A DNA stretch of 64,000 nucleotides from Candidatus Desulfaltia sp. (lineage in GTDB: Bacteria > Desulfobacterota > Desulfobacteria > Desulfobacterales > ETH-SRB1), in the NCBI GenBank assembly GCA_030656555.1, contig JAUSPN010000101.1:2941-66940 (forward strand), given 5' to 3'. The translations under genes were made by a program, and so were the position numbers. This document shows positions 30,518 through 41,595 of the stretch, piece after piece. The first letter of the stretch is position 1. The number at the start of each line of letters is the position of its first letter. Below the pieces are notes generated by a model. That model saw nothing but the letters and a program-made list of their open reading frames with translations, was not told where the DNA came from and did not search any database.

Positions 30518-31117
30518 TCAAGACTCCCCTGCCTGGAACCGTACAAAACGCTTAATCGTAATATTCTCACCGATCTTTGCAATCAAGCCGTTTAAAAGAT
30601 CCTCAACAGTTATATTGGGATCCCGAACATATGCCTGGCTCATGAGACAGCTGTCCTTATAGAATTTCTGTAGCTTACCTTCTGCTATTTTATCTATAAC
30701 CTTTTCAGGCTTGCCTGTTTCTATGGCCTGCGCACGATAGATTTCCTTTTCCCTGTTAATTATATCTTCGGGAATATCTTCAGGCCTGATCCCAACAGGA
30801 TTAATGGCGGCAATATGCATCGCTATATTTTTTGCGAACTCAATAAAATCATCGTTTTTTGCAACAAAATCGGTCTCGCAATTAATCTCAACCAACACGC
30901 CAAGTTTGCTGCCCATATGAATATAAGATGCTATCATGCCTTCACTCATAACCCTGCCGGATCTCTTTAAAGCCGTTGCCAATCCTTTTTTTCTTAAAAA
31001 ATCAATGGATTTACTTATATCACCATCGCACTCTTTAAGAGCTTCTTTACAATCCATCATACCTGCTCCTGTCTTTTCACGGAGCTGTTTAACCATTGCT
31101 GCGCTAATTGTTGCCAT
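30518..31117 (-). CDS. tsf: Elongation factor Ts
   Basis: [29 protein letters not shown]; ATG at 31117 with AGGAGA upstream. The track ORF starts 60 nt earlier. Confidence 0.92.
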   Translation of the reverse strand: MATISAAMVKQLREKTGAGMMDCKEALKECDGDISKSIDFLRKKGLATALKRSGRVMSEGMIASYIHMGSKLGVLVEINCETDFVAKNDDFIEFAKNIAMHIAAINPVGIRPEDIPEDIINREKEIYRAQAIETGKPEKVIDKIAEGKLQKFYKDSCLMSQAYVRDPNITVEDLLNGLIAKIGENITIKRFVRFQAGES

Positions 31118-31188
31118 TTTTTTCTCCTGTAAAGGCCTTTGAAAAACACAACTTTTTGCCTGATTAGCGCTTTTCAAAGCCCTCTTGT

Positions 31189-32091
31189 CTATTCTGCTTC
31201 AGTAATATTTGCCAATTCTTCGCTTACAGAATCATCCACAGGTTTTGGCGAAGTTGCAGATTTTACTTTTTTTATTATCTCTACAACCGGTCCATCTGCA
31301 CCATCTGAAACAACTCTCCTTTGACCTGGTTCTAATTCTTCACCAAAAGATACTGGTTCAGGTTGCTCTTCGATTTCTTTGTCGGCCTCTGCATGCTGTT
31401 TCTCGATCATTTGCTGGCGGCCCTCGATACAGGCATCGGCAATTCTGGCTGTAATCAGCCGTATTGCCCGTATGGCATCATCATTTCCCGGTATGATATA
31501 ATCAATCTCATCGGGATCGCAGTTAGTGTCAACAATAGAAATAATAGGTATGTTGAGACGTTTCCCCTCACGCACTGCAATAGCCTCATTTTTAGAATCA
31601 ACAATAAAGATAGCGCCTGGAACCCCATTCATTGTCTTGATTCCGCCAAGATTGTTGTCGAGCTTTACCCTTTCATTCTCAAGCTTCAGTCGCTCCTTTT
31701 TGGGAAACAAATTTATAGATCCATCATTAATTATATCGTTAAGATAGTTAAGACGATCTATACTCTGTTTAATGGTCTGAAAGTTTGTCAGCATTCCGCC
31801 CAGCCACCTGTTGTGCACATAAAACATTTCGCATCGATTAGCCTCTTCATAAATAGATTCCCTGGCCTGCTTTTTGGTGCCGACAAAAAGAACCGATTTC
31901 CCCTCTGCGGCAATACCGGTTACAAAATCATATGCTGTTTTAAACATACGAACAGTTTGTTGAAGATCGATAATATAAATACCGTTCCTTGCTCCAAAGA
32001 TGTATGGTTTCATTTTCGGATTCCAACGCTTTGTCTGATGCCCAAAATGTACCCCAGCTTCAAGAAGCTCCTTCATTTTAAGATAAGCCAT
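31189..32091 (-). CDS. rpsB: 30S ribosomal protein S2 (with an acidic C-terminal extension)
   Basis: [35 protein letters not shown]. Confidence 0.95.
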   Translation of the reverse strand: MAYLKMKELLEAGVHFGHQTKRWNPKMKPYIFGARNGIYIIDLQQTVRMFKTAYDFVTGIAAEGKSVLFVGTKKQARESIYEEANRCEMFYVHNRWLGGMLTNFQTIKQSIDRLNYLNDIINDGSINLFPKKERLKLENERVKLDNNLGGIKTMNGVPGAIFIVDSKNEAIAVREGKRLNIPIISIVDTNCDPDEIDYIIPGNDDAIRAIRLITARIADACIEGRQQMIEKQHAEADKEIEEQPEPVSFGEELEPGQRRVVSDGADGPVVEIIKKVKSATSPKPVDDSVSEELANITEAE

Positions 32092-32273
32092 AGTTTTTTT
32101 CCTCTCTTTTAATCGGTTTTTCCTTTAACCTCCATCAACCCCGCTTCCGACCCTCAAAAAAATGAAGGCACCAAGAAACAGGTCCAAAGGTCTGTGAATT
32201 ATTTTAAACTATTTTTTGTATCAAACTTAAATAAACTTCGCAATATAAATTTGAGAATTTCGTAAAAAGCATA

Positions 32274-33191
32274 TCAGCAACCAATCAACCTTTTTATCTG
32301 AACCACACGATAGTATCCACTGTAGTCTTTTGTAAACACGACCTGTTCATACTGACCACAAGAATTGACGATCTTGCTGACATCCTCTTTCTGGTCATGA
32401 CCTATCTCCAACAAAAGACTGCCTCCTGGCTTAAGATAGGTATGCGCACCGCTTATAATATGCCTAAGCTGGCAAAGTCCGTCCCTACCTCCATCAAGAG
32501 CCATGGCCGGTTCATACATGGAGATTTCAGGCTGAAGCTTATTGATAAGCCGGGTATTAATATACGGCGGATTTGATATTATCATATCAAACAGATGGGT
32601 ATCCTCCTTTAACGGCATAAACCAATCACCTGAAAAAAACATGATCTTTTTATTAAGATTATGATGTTTTGCATTCTTTTCGGCCAGTTCAACAGCCTTA
32701 ATTGAACAATCTGAAGCAATAAAAACATTCTCAGGGCGATGCAATGCAAGAGCGCAAATTATTGCTCCGGAACCTGTACCAAGCTCTAAAATACGTTTTG
32801 GGATGTTGCAAGAATCATGAGCTGAATTTATTGGCAAAAGAGAAAGTGCTGCCTCAACGAGATGTTCGGTTTCAGGGCGGGGGATAAGAACATCCTTTGT
32901 AACAGCAATATCCATCGACCAGAACTCCTTAACTCCTACAATATAAGCAATGGGCTCTTTAGCTATCCTCCTTTTTATCAAAGCCTTAAAAAGCGCAAGC
33001 TCTTTTTCTGAAAGTGGCTGATCGTAACGCAGATACAGCTCTATTCTGTTTGATTTTAAGACATGCGCAAGAAGTATTTCGGCTGCAGCCCTTGGGCTGT
33101 CTATGTCGTGGGTTTGAAAATAGGAGGTGGTCCACTTAATGGTGTTAAGTATGGTCCATTCTTTGGCGCTGGTCTTCAATTGATCCTGCAT
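32274..33191 (-). CDS. prmC: Release-factor glutamine methyltransferase PrmC/HemK
   Basis: [11 protein letters not shown] and IISNPPYI motifs, immediately downstream of prfA. Confidence 0.85.
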   Translation of the reverse strand: MQDQLKTSAKEWTILNTIKWTTSYFQTHDIDSPRAAAEILLAHVLKSNRIELYLRYDQPLSEKELALFKALIKRRIAKEPIAYIVGVKEFWSMDIAVTKDVLIPRPETEHLVEAALSLLPINSAHDSCNIPKRILELGTGSGAIICALALHRPENVFIASDCSIKAVELAEKNAKHHNLNKKIMFFSGDWFMPLKEDTHLFDMIISNPPYINTRLINKLQPEISMYEPAMALDGGRDGLCQLRHIISGAHTYLKPGGSLLLEIGHDQKEDVSKIVNSCGQYEQVVFTKDYSGYYRVVQIKRLIGC

Positions 33192-34245
33192 TCTGTAAAG
33201 CCTGGCTCTGATAAAATGTTGAAAGTTCGTCTATTATTTTGTCTATATCACCCTGCAAAATACTTTCCAGTTTGTATAGGGTCAGCCCGATACGGTGGTC
33301 GGTAACCCTTCCCTGGGGAAAGTTATAAGTCCTGATTCTTTGGCTCCGATCTCCGCTGCCTATCTGGCTTTTCCGATTTTCGGATCGTTGTTCATCCTGT
33401 TCTTTAATGATATTGTCAAGAAGACGAGCCCTGAGTACCTTCATCGCCTTGTTTTTGTTTTTTAACTGCGATTTCTCATCCTGACATGTAACCACCAACC
33501 CGGTGGGAAGATGGGTAATGCGTACTGCAGAATCTGTTGTGTTGACCGATTGGCCTCCTGGACCGCTCGACCGAAATACATCGACCCTAATATCAGCAAG
33601 ATCAATGTTAACTTCAACATCCTCTGCTTCCGGCAGTACCGCAACAGTAACAGCAGATGTATGTATCCTTCCCTGAGCCTCTGTTGTTGGAACGCGCTGA
33701 ACACGATGAGTGCCGCTTTCATATTTAAAACGGCTGTATGCCCCTTTGCCGTGAATCATCGCAACAATCTCTTTTAAACCGCCGACACCTGTTGCATGAT
33801 GGCTCATGATCTCGACTTTCCAGTTTCTGTTTTCAGCATACCTGCTGTACATCCTGAAAAGATCGCTCGTAAAAAGACCTGCCTCTTCACCGCCTGTGCC
33901 CGCACGTATTTCAATGATAACATTTTTCTCGTCAAGAGGATCCGTGGGAATAAGCAGTCTTTTTAGTTCATCCTCATAACCTTCCTTTTTAAGTGTAAGA
34001 GCATCGACCTCATCACGAGCCATATCCTTTATGTCGGAGTCTCCATCCTTTAACAGATCCATGCTGCCATCGAGATCCGTCAATGTCTGCTTGTATGACC
34101 TGAAAACCCTGACAATCTTGTTTAAATCAGCATGCTCCCTGCTATATTTCTGGTATGCATCCCGATTCTGCAATATCCTTGGATCGCTTAAAAGTTTTTC
34201 AAGCTCTACAAAGCGTTCTTCAACCCCTTTTAATTTATCAAGCAT
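33145..34245 (-). CDS. prfA: Peptide chain release factor 1
   Basis: [25 protein letters not shown] (GGQ) and [17 protein letters not shown]. Confidence 0.95.
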   Translation of the reverse strand: MLDKLKGVEERFVELEKLLSDPRILQNRDAYQKYSREHADLNKIVRVFRSYKQTLTDLDGSMDLLKDGDSDIKDMARDEVDALTLKKEGYEDELKRLLIPTDPLDEKNVIIEIRAGTGGEEAGLFTSDLFRMYSRYAENRNWKVEIMSHHATGVGGLKEIVAMIHGKGAYSRFKYESGTHRVQRVPTTEAQGRIHTSAVTVAVLPEAEDVEVNIDLADIRVDVFRSSGPGGQSVNTTDSAVRITHLPTGLVVTCQDEKSQLKNKNKAMKVLRARLLDNIIKEQDEQRSENRKSQIGSGDRSQRIRTYNFPQGRVTDHRIGLTLYKLESILQGDIDKIIDELSTFYQSQALQNAGSIEDQRQRMDHT

Positions 34246-34286
34246 AAGTTTAACTACATATCCCCATACGGAAACAAAAACAAGTA

Positions 34287-34430
34287 AACCGCGATAGCGA
34301 GCGCATTCCCCGTAGCTTGTCGGAGCAAAGCGGAGATCCCGTTCCAGCGGGGCTGCGAAGTTAGCGAGCGAATCTAAAAATGGCCAACTTCCTTACGGTC
34401 GAAAAACCCTTACTACAGAGAATCTTCAAT
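34287..34430. repeat. Copy of the core intergenic repeat (long form)
   Basis: aaccgcgatagcgagcgcattccccgtagcttgtcggagcaaagcggagatcccgttccagcggggctgcgaagttagcgagcgaatctaaaaatggccaacttccttacggtcgaa aligns with 36094 and 62925. Confidence 0.8.
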
Positions 34431-34527
34431 TAAACCACAAAGGACACGAAGAAGTAGTTAACCAATGTTCTATCCTCGTGTCCCTCATGGTGTGATTTTC
34501 TAATATAAAGTATACAGAAAAAGGCTA

Positions 34528-34740
34528 TTATTTTTGATTATTAAATTTTTCATATTTTTTGCGGAAACGCTCAATTCGACCTTCTGTATCTATGAGCTTT
34601 TGTTTACCTGTAAAAAAAGGATGGCATTTTGAACAGATTTCAACTCGAATATCCTCTTTGGTAGAACCAACCTCAATGACATTTCCGCATGCGCACTTTA
34701 TTGATGTTTCATAATATTCAGGATGAATCCCGGTTTTCAT
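34528..34740 (-). CDS. rpmE: 50S ribosomal protein L31
   Basis: [20 protein letters not shown]...[13 protein letters not shown]. Confidence 0.93.
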   Translation of the reverse strand: MKTGIHPEYYETSIKCACGNVIEVGSTKEDIRVEICSKCHPFFTGKQKLIDTEGRIERFRKKYEKFNNQK

Positions 34741-34800
34741 GTTTTCTAAACCCCCTGTTTGTTAATTTTATGCCTTAGTAGCTGAACCTTTACGTTAATT

Positions 34801-36048
34801 CTATGCATTCATAGCAGACAAAAATGATTTATTATCCTTTGTTCCGCTCATTTTTTCAAGCAAAAACTCCAAACTGTCAACAGAATTTAATGAAGAAAGA
34901 ACCTTTCTCAATATCCATACGCGGGTAAGTGTTTCCTTATCAAGAAGTAATTCTTCTTTCCGTGTGCCCGATTTCTTGATGTCAATCGCAGGGAACAGCC
35001 GTTTGTCGGAAAGTCTGCGATCTAATACAATCTCCAAGTTTCCTGTACCTTTGAATTCTTCAAAAATAACTTCGTCCATGCGACTTCCCGTATCAATTAG
35101 AGCAGTTGCAATAATAGTCAGGCTTCCGCCCTCCTCGATGTTCCTGGCAGCCCCAAAAAAACGTTTGGGACGCTGAAGCGCATTTGAATCAACCCCGCCT
35201 GACAGGATTTTCCCGCTTGGCGGCATAACGGAATTATAGGCCCGCGCCAGTCTGGTTATGCTGTCAAGAAGGATAACCACATTCTTTTTATGTTCTACCA
35301 ATCTCTTTGCTTTTTCAATAACCATTTCAGCGACCTGGACATGTCTTTCCGCAGGTTCATCAAAAGTGGAGCTGATAACTTCAGCTTTTACCGATCTGGC
35401 CATATCAGTAACCTCTTCAGGCCGTTCATCAATAAGGAGCACAAACGGAACAATATCTTTGTGACTCGCGATAAGGCTGTTAGCAATATTTTGCAGCAGC
35501 ATTGTTTTCCCTGATCTGGGTGGAGAAACGATCAGCCCTCTCTGGCCAAACCCGATAGGGGTCATAAGGTCCATAATACGCATAGAATAATTATCGGAAG
35601 AGTTTTCAAGATCCATCTTCCTGTCCGGATAAAGCGGGGTCAGGTTGTCAAAAAGTATTTTATCCCTGGCCTTTTCCGGATCTTCATAATTAACAGCCTC
35701 GACCTTCAATAATGCGAAATACCGCTCGGTTTCCTTTGGCTGACGGATCTGCCCTGATATGGTATCGCCGGTCCTGAGATTGAATCGACGTATTTGTGAT
35801 GGTGACACATATATGTCATCAGGCCCCGGCAAATAGTTGTAATCAGGCGCTCTTAAAAATCCAAAACCGTCAGGCAGTATCTCCAGCGTGCCTTCTCCAA
35901 ATATCTGCCCGTTTTTCTCAATCTGTGCCTGAAGTAATGCAAAAATAAGTTCCTGCTTCCTCATTCCTGCAGCACTGTCAATCTGAAATGTTTTGGCCAT
36001 CTCCATAAGTTCGTTTATTTTCTTGTCTTTTAGTTTAACTACATTCAT
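34801..36048 (-). CDS. rho: Transcription termination factor Rho
   Basis: GFGFLR..., [14 protein letters not shown] (Walker A), [19 protein letters not shown] at 36048 preferred over the track TTG at 36066. Confidence 0.95.
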   Translation of the reverse strand: MNVVKLKDKKINELMEMAKTFQIDSAAGMRKQELIFALLQAQIEKNGQIFGEGTLEILPDGFGFLRAPDYNYLPGPDDIYVSPSQIRRFNLRTGDTISGQIRQPKETERYFALLKVEAVNYEDPEKARDKILFDNLTPLYPDRKMDLENSSDNYSMRIMDLMTPIGFGQRGLIVSPPRSGKTMLLQNIANSLIASHKDIVPFVLLIDERPEEVTDMARSVKAEVISSTFDEPAERHVQVAEMVIEKAKRLVEHKKNVVILLDSITRLARAYNSVMPPSGKILSGGVDSNALQRPKRFFGAARNIEEGGSLTIIATALIDTGSRMDEVIFEEFKGTGNLEIVLDRRLSDKRLFPAIDIKKSGTRKEELLLDKETLTRVWILRKVLSSLNSVDSLEFLLEKMSGTKDNKSFLSAMNA

Positions 36049-36086
36049 TAAATCTTTACCTTTCAAAATATTTTATCCTTCCTGTT

Positions 36087-36387
36087 AGAGACCTTTGAAC
36101 CGCAAAAGCGAACACATTCCCGGTTGCTTGCTGCGGGGTTAGCAAGCGGATCCAAAAATAGCCAAACCTCCTTACGGTCGAAGATTCCCTGCTACTTGCG
36201 GCGGGAAGCTTCAAAAATGGTTAATTTTACATGCTATGCTTTTTATGTTTAAGAGGGGCGGCCGGGCCATAAGGTTTTCTTCTTCATTCACAATTAAAAT
36301 TTGAAAGCTCAAAATTATACTTGAGCTTGACAGAGGCGCTTTACTAAAGCACTAATTGGGCAAAAGGGGGTGTTTTGCAAAGGTCTC
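36087..36387. mobile_element. Composite intergenic element of about 300 bp with terminal inverted repeats (most complete copy of the family)
   Basis: Ends gagacctttgaaccgcaaaagc ... gttttgcaaaggtctc. The left half is the core repeat (as at 34287/62925). The right half is the aaaatttga..gcttgaca..gggcaaaaggggg module (as at 38756/61301). Confidence 0.65.
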
Positions 36388-36567
36388 AAGTCAAATATCA
36401 CAATCTAGCTAGCTTATGCAAAAAGCAAACAGAAAATGGAATCTGTCAAAGGCTTTAAAACGGGATAAAATCAAAGGTCTTAACTGAAGAAATTAACGAG
36501 GTATTCTCTCCAACAAGTAAACTTAATGCTTTAATTTAGAAAGAATTAAATTATAATTTTGTATTTG

Positions 36568-37188
36568 TCAAGCATTTTCAAACTCTTTTACATATTTTTG
36601 AACCAAATCTTTGTAAAGATGATCAACAGATCGTATCATCTGAGCAAATGAACCATCATTTTTTATTACGAATTCAGCCCGCGTCGCCTTATCTTCATCC
36701 GGTAATTGATGGCTCAAGAGGGCTTCGGCATCTTCGCGGGAAACATCATCACGATCCATAAGCCTTTTTACACGCAGTTTACGGTCTGAAATTACAACGA
36801 CAACTACATCAAAGCGACTCTCTATGCCTAACTCAAAAAGAAGTGGAACCTCTACCAGTACAACATGGTTCTCGTCCTTTTCTGCTTTAATCATCTGTGA
36901 ATGCATCAGTTTTATTATTTCAGGATGTACAAAGCTCTCAAGAGCCTCTTTTGCAGAATTATCATTAATGATAATTCTGCGCAGCATTCGACGATTTAAA
37001 CTCCCATCCTCTGTTAATACCTTTTTACCGAAATAATTAACAATCTTATTATAAGCAGGCGAACCCTCTGCAACCGCTTCTCTTGCGAGAACGTCTGAGC
37101 TGATAATCTTTACACTTAACTCTCTGAAACGGTTGCAAACAGATGTTTTTCCGGAACCGGCGCTGCCTGTCACGGCAATTTTAAGCAT
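36568..37188 (-). CDS. coaE: Dephospho-CoA kinase
   Basis: MLKIAVTGSAGSGKTSV, about 200 aa, with VVVVVISDRKLRVKRLMDRD. Confidence 0.85.
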   Translation of the reverse strand: MLKIAVTGSAGSGKTSVCNRFRELSVKIISSDVLAREAVAEGSPAYNKIVNYFGKKVLTEDGSLNRRMLRRIIINDNSAKEALESFVHPEIIKLMHSQMIKAEKDENHVVLVEVPLLFELGIESRFDVVVVVISDRKLRVKRLMDRDDVSREDAEALLSHQLPDEDKATRAEFVIKNDGSFAQMIRSVDHLYKDLVQKYVKEFENA

Positions 37189-37248
37189 AAATTTTTACCC
37201 GATTTTTTTGTTTATTATGGTTTATTGAAAAAAATTAAATTTTAAGAT

Positions 37249-38673
37249 ATGTTGAGATTTAATAATCTTATGATTCAAATCAATTCAAATATTATTCCCA
37301 AAACAAAAAACGCATATCTTGTCGGCGGTTCAGTCAGAGATCTTCTTTTAGGGTTATCTCCAATTGATTATGACATCGCTGTTTTAGGAAATCCAGAACA
37401 ATTCGCAAAAAATATTGCCTCTAAAATATCAGGCCGGATTGTCAGGATGGGGAAACCAGGGCAGATGATAATCCGTGTGGTCTCGGGCAATAAAATTTTT
37501 GACATTTCATCAATAAATGATGCCTCGATTGAAGAAGACCTTAATAAAAGAGATTTTACAATCAATGCCTTAGCATATTCTTTGTCTTCGGGTAAAATTA
37601 TCGACCCTCTCGGCGGCATACAGGACCTTGCCGACAAAAAAATTCGTATGGTATCAAAACAGGCCTTTATAAAGGATCCGATACGAATGATAAGAGCATA
37701 CAGGATATGTGCAATGCTTAATTTTAAAATCGATCCGCAAACAGCTTCCGTAATTAAAAAAGATGCAAAGCTTATTAAAAACTCAGCCGGAGAACGGGTC
37801 AGGACAGAACTTTTCAAGATACTTCGATCGTATAAGGCATATTACTATCTATCCCACATGTCCAGCACCGGGCTTCTTAGTGAAATCTTCCCTGAACTCG
37901 ACGCATTAAAAGGATGCATGCAAAACAGGTATCATTCTTATGATGTTTTTGACCATACAATGAAGGCTTTCTGCCGTCTTGAAAGAATCCTTAATGATTA
38001 TTCGGATTATATACCTGAAACATACAACCAAAACATAACGCAGCTTAATAAAAGCAAAGGATATCTTCTAAAACTGGCAATCCTTCTGCATGATATTGGG
38101 AAGCCTGCTGCGCAAAGTATCGACAGTCAAGGCAATATTCATTTTTACGGCCACGGTAAAAAGGGAGCTGATATGGCAAACAAAATCAGCAAAAGGCTGA
38201 AGCTTTCAAATGATGAAAGATATTATATAGATTTTGTTATCCGCAACCATATAAGGCCGTTATTTCTTTTTACCTCTCACCAAAAAAAAATATTAACAAA
38301 AAAAAGTATAACACGATTCTTTATAAAATGTGGCGATAATGCCCCTGCTTTATTGCTTCATACAATTGCCGACATTCAAGGAAAAGGGAACAAAGAGGAT
38401 GTAAGACCTGTCTGCGTGCAACGCACAGGCAGAGACGCGGCGTTTATCGAGTTTGCAAAAATAATGGTTCACGATTTTTTTTCGGATTTTATGCAGAAAA
38501 GAACAAAGGCGCCACTTATAACAGGTTACGACCTGATTCATGAGTTTGGCCTGACACCTTCGCCTTTATTTAAAAAAATACTGAAGATTGTTCGAGAAGA
38601 AAGGCTCTCTGATAAAATCAACACCAGACAGGAAGCCCTCAGGCTGGTAAAAGATTTTTTGACAAACCTTTAA
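37249..38673 (+). CDS. cca: CCA-adding enzyme / poly(A) polymerase family with HD domain
   Basis: YLVGGSVRDLLLG...DYDIAV...RDFTINALAY and later LLHDIGKP (HD). Confidence 0.75.
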   Translation: MLRFNNLMIQINSNIIPKTKNAYLVGGSVRDLLLGLSPIDYDIAVLGNPEQFAKNIASKISGRIVRMGKPGQMIIRVVSGNKIFDISSINDASIEEDLNKRDFTINALAYSLSSGKIIDPLGGIQDLADKKIRMVSKQAFIKDPIRMIRAYRICAMLNFKIDPQTASVIKKDAKLIKNSAGERVRTELFKILRSYKAYYYLSHMSSTGLLSEIFPELDALKGCMQNRYHSYDVFDHTMKAFCRLERILNDYSDYIPETYNQNITQLNKSKGYLLKLAILLHDIGKPAAQSIDSQGNIHFYGHGKKGADMANKISKRLKLSNDERYYIDFVIRNHIRPLFLFTSHQKKILTKKSITRFFIKCGDNAPALLLHTIADIQGKGNKEDVRPVCVQRTGRDAAFIEFAKIMVHDFFSDFMQKRTKAPLITGYDLIHEFGLTPSPLFKKILKIVREERLSDKINTRQEALRLVKDFLTNL

Positions 38674-38755
38674 AAAATTAAATTCATCATATTCATCAGT
38701 TCTTGACAAAATATAGCTATTTTAATAGTAAAGCTAAAAATAACAATCTTAATCT

Positions 38756-38896
38756 GAGACCCTTGAAAAATGTTCAATTTTGTTCGATCTCAAGGAAGGC
38801 GAAAATTTTAACTGTAGGAATACATTAAGTATTTCGAAGCTTAAAATTTGAGCCTGACACCGAGATTGGGCAAAAGGGAGCTTTCGCAGAGGTCTT
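38756..38896. repeat. Short TIR-bounded copy of the right-half repeat module
   Basis: gagacccttgaaaaatg ... ttcgaagcttaaaatttgagcctgacaccgagattgggcaaaagggagctttcgcagaggtctt. Confidence 0.65.
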
Positions 38897-38994
38897 AATC
38901 TATCCGGCCGCTTATGATCGGGTATTTGTGGTTAAAACCAGAACATCAGGGAACTATCGGAAAGAACTTATTATAATTGAAAAAGGAGAATTTA

Positions 38995-39669
38995 ATGAAC
39001 ATTTTGTTTTTTGGACCAAACGGCAGCGGCAAGGGAACTCAGGGGACTATTCTAAAGGATAAATACAACACTCCTCATGTTGAGTCAGGAGCTATATTTC
39101 GTGACAACATTAAAGGAGGAACAGAATTAGGGGCAAAAGCCAAGGAATATATCGACAAAGGGGATCTGGTGCCCGATGAAATTACAATTCCTATGATACT
39201 CGACCGCCTTCAGCAGGATGATTGTAAAAACGGGTGGCTTCTTGACGGTTTTCCAAGAAACAAGACACAGGCAATAAAACTGGATGAATCGCTTAAGAAG
39301 GCTAACATGAAACTCGATATTGTCGTTGAAATAATTCTTGACAGCGAAATCGCCAAAAACAGGATTATGGGACGCAGGCTTTGTGTTAACAACAATAATC
39401 ATCCAAACAATATCTTTATTGATGCCATTAAACCTGATGGAAACAAATGCAGAGTGTGCGGAGGTGAATTAACCAAAAGGGCTGATGACCAGGATGAGGA
39501 AGCAATAAGCAAACGACACGGTATTTACTATAATACCGAAAACGGCACACTTGCGGCATCTTACTATTTTAAAGATCTTGCCGCTAAAGACGGCTCTATT
39601 AAATATATAACGCTTGACGGCAAACCAAGCGTAACAGATGTTACGGCAGAGCTTGTTTCAAAGCTGTAA
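38995..39669 (+). CDS. adk: Adenylate kinase (long lid with Cys motif)
   Basis: MNILFFGPNGSGKGTQG...GWLLDGFPRN...CRVCGGELTKRADD; AAAGGAGA RBS. Confidence 0.93.
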   Translation: MNILFFGPNGSGKGTQGTILKDKYNTPHVESGAIFRDNIKGGTELGAKAKEYIDKGDLVPDEITIPMILDRLQQDDCKNGWLLDGFPRNKTQAIKLDESLKKANMKLDIVVEIILDSEIAKNRIMGRRLCVNNNNHPNNIFIDAIKPDGNKCRVCGGELTKRADDQDEEAISKRHGIYYNTENGTLAASYYFKDLAAKDGSIKYITLDGKPSVTDVTAELVSKL

Positions 39670-39892
39670 AAGCAAGCCTGACCATGCGAGAAAACTCTTC
39701 TATTTCTTGCCCTGTGTTTGATATTTTGTATTTACAGGAAATATTTTTCTTGCTTAAAGATATGTTTTAGACTAAACTATTTAATTTTAATATTGAGATT
39801 TGTTAATAACCATCGAAAATATTAATGGTTTAAGGCGGTTTGCAAAAGCTTAAAACCATATTCATCTGATGGAAAGAAGGGGGCGAGCGAGT

Positions 39893-40090
39893 TTGAAGGA
39901 AATTCAGGTCAAAGTTTTCGACAATGATCTTGAAAAGGCTATGCGCATTTTGAAAAAAAAGATTCAAAACGACGGGCTTTTTAAAAGATTAAAACTCAAA
40001 AAAAACTATGAAAAGCCGTGTGAGCATAAACGCCGTAAACAGCGTGAAGCCTTAAGAAGGCGAAGAATTACAGCTTCGAGATATAGATAA
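39893..40090 (+). CDS. rpsU: 30S ribosomal protein S21
   Basis: (TTG)KEIQVKVFDNDLEKAMRILKKKIQNDGLFKRLKLKKNYEKPCEHKRRK. In-frame TTG at 39893 after AAGGGGG; the track ORF starts at 39869. Confidence 0.85.
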   Translation: MKEIQVKVFDNDLEKAMRILKKKIQNDGLFKRLKLKKNYEKPCEHKRRKQREALRRRRITASRYR

Positions 40091-40112
40091 TACAAATTTG
40101 TATGGAAAATTA

Positions 40113-40148
40113 ACCCGGCATGAATATAAATTCTGCCGGGTTTTTTTA
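40113..40148 (+). terminator. Rho-independent terminator after rpsU
   Basis: acccggca tgaatataaattc tgccgggt followed by ttttttt. Confidence 0.75.
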
Positions 40149-40171
40149 TTAATGGCGTCGTATTTATTAAT

Positions 40172-41464
40172 ATGCATACAAAAGATTCTTATATTAATTG
40201 CATGAAGGCTATGAATAGCCTCAAAAAGTTCGGAATAAAATTCGGTCTTTCAACCATCGCAGGTATTCTAAAAAGTCTGAATAATCCGCAGGATGGTTTT
40301 TCATGCATACATGTAGCCGGAACAAACGGAAAAGGATCAATAGCCTCTGCTCTTTCCTTAATTCTGCAACTATCCGGATATAAAGTCGGTCTATATACTT
40401 CACCTCACCTTGTAAGCTTTAACGAAAGGATCCGCATAAACAATATCCCTGTCTCAGATAAAAAAGTTATAGAAGCTTATAAGGCTGTAAATAAGGTTAT
40501 ACCAAAAAACCTTGAAACAACCTTTTTTGAATTAACAACCGCAATGGCCCTTTATGAATTCAGCAGGCAAAAAGTTGACTGGGCTGTAATAGAAACAGGT
40601 ATGGGAGGAAGACTTGACGCAACAAATATTATAAAACCTGTTATTTCTATAATATCCAATATATCTGTTGAACATAAAAAATATCTGGGAAGCACTATAA
40701 GCCAAATAGCATCTGAAAAAGGAGGTATAATAAAAAAATCGGTTCCTGTTATTGCCGGCGTAAAACAAAAAAAAGCAACCTCGGTTTTAAAAAAGATGGC
40801 CGCAAAACAATCCGCTCCTTTTTATCGCCTGGGCAATGAATTCCGTATCAGGAGAAACAAAGATAAAAGCTTTTCCTATTTTGGGATTAACACAGTATGG
40901 AGAAATATGCGCACAGGTCTGCTCGGCAACCACCAGATTGATAATGCAGCCATTGTCCTTGCCGCATGCGAAATACTCAACCAGAATAAAGCAGCAAACC
41001 TTTTCTTCCAGAACATTAAACATGGCCTTGCGCAAAATAAGTGGCCCGGAAGGCTGGAAATAGTCTCCTCGTCTCCTCTTATCATCCTTGACGGAGCACA
41101 TAATTTAATTGCCACCCGCTATCTGGCAAAATTTCTGTCCGAAAATCTGGCTAAACGGAAGATAACGCTTGTTACAGGCATACTAGACGACAAACCTTAT
41201 GCTGCAATGCTTGCCTGCCTTCTCCCTCTTTGCAACAAGGCGATATTAACCCGCCCTAAGATTGACCGGGCTTTATCTCCGGAAAGATTATTCCATGCAG
41301 CAAAAAAAATCATTCAGGACATAGAAATTATCCCTGACGTCGGCAAAGCTATTAAATATGCAATTAAAACAGCATCTCTTAATGATGCAATTTGTATCGC
41401 GGGATCTCTATATCTTGTTGGAGAAGCAAAAGAGGCTCTTGACTTGTCAGCACTAATTAAATAA
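40172..41464 (+). CDS. folC: Folylpolyglutamate synthase / dihydrofolate synthase
   Basis: IHVAGTNGKGS...YTSPHLVSFNERIRIN...LDGAHN. Confidence 0.85.
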   Translation: MHTKDSYINCMKAMNSLKKFGIKFGLSTIAGILKSLNNPQDGFSCIHVAGTNGKGSIASALSLILQLSGYKVGLYTSPHLVSFNERIRINNIPVSDKKVIEAYKAVNKVIPKNLETTFFELTTAMALYEFSRQKVDWAVIETGMGGRLDATNIIKPVISIISNISVEHKKYLGSTISQIASEKGGIIKKSVPVIAGVKQKKATSVLKKMAAKQSAPFYRLGNEFRIRRNKDKSFSYFGINTVWRNMRTGLLGNHQIDNAAIVLAACEILNQNKAANLFFQNIKHGLAQNKWPGRLEIVSSSPLIILDGAHNLIATRYLAKFLSENLAKRKITLVTGILDDKPYAAMLACLLPLCNKAILTRPKIDRALSPERLFHAAKKIIQDIEIIPDVGKAIKYAIKTASLNDAICIAGSLYLVGEAKEALDLSALIK

Positions 41465-41491
41465 TTATCATGTGAAACCTTTGGAAAATAT

Positions 41492-41567
41492 GCGCCCGTA
41501 GCTCAGGGGATAGAGCGTCAGCCTCCGGAGCTGAAAGCCGCTGGTTCAAATCCAGCCGGGCGCACCA
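41492..41567 (+). tRNA. tRNA-Arg (anticodon CCG)
   Basis: GCGCCCGTAGCTCAGGGGATAGAGCGTCAGCCTCCGGAGCTGAAAGCCGCTGGTTCAAATCCAGCCGGGCGCACCA. The cloverleaf folds by hand, the anticodon loop is CUCCGGA, and CCA is encoded. Confidence 0.92.
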
Positions 41568-41595
41568 AAAAACGAACTACTCAGCCGGGATCCTT

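Noticed and set aside
31363-32112. 249-aa plus-strand ORF
   Set aside because: It is antisense to rpsB, which is unambiguous, and has no recognisable motifs.
38405-38445. Possible in-frame palindromic insertion in cca (cctgtctgcgtgcaacgcacaggcag)
   Set aside because: Only about 4 bp actually pair when folded by hand. It shares an 11-mer with the spacer at 4277-4287, but that is too weak to call.
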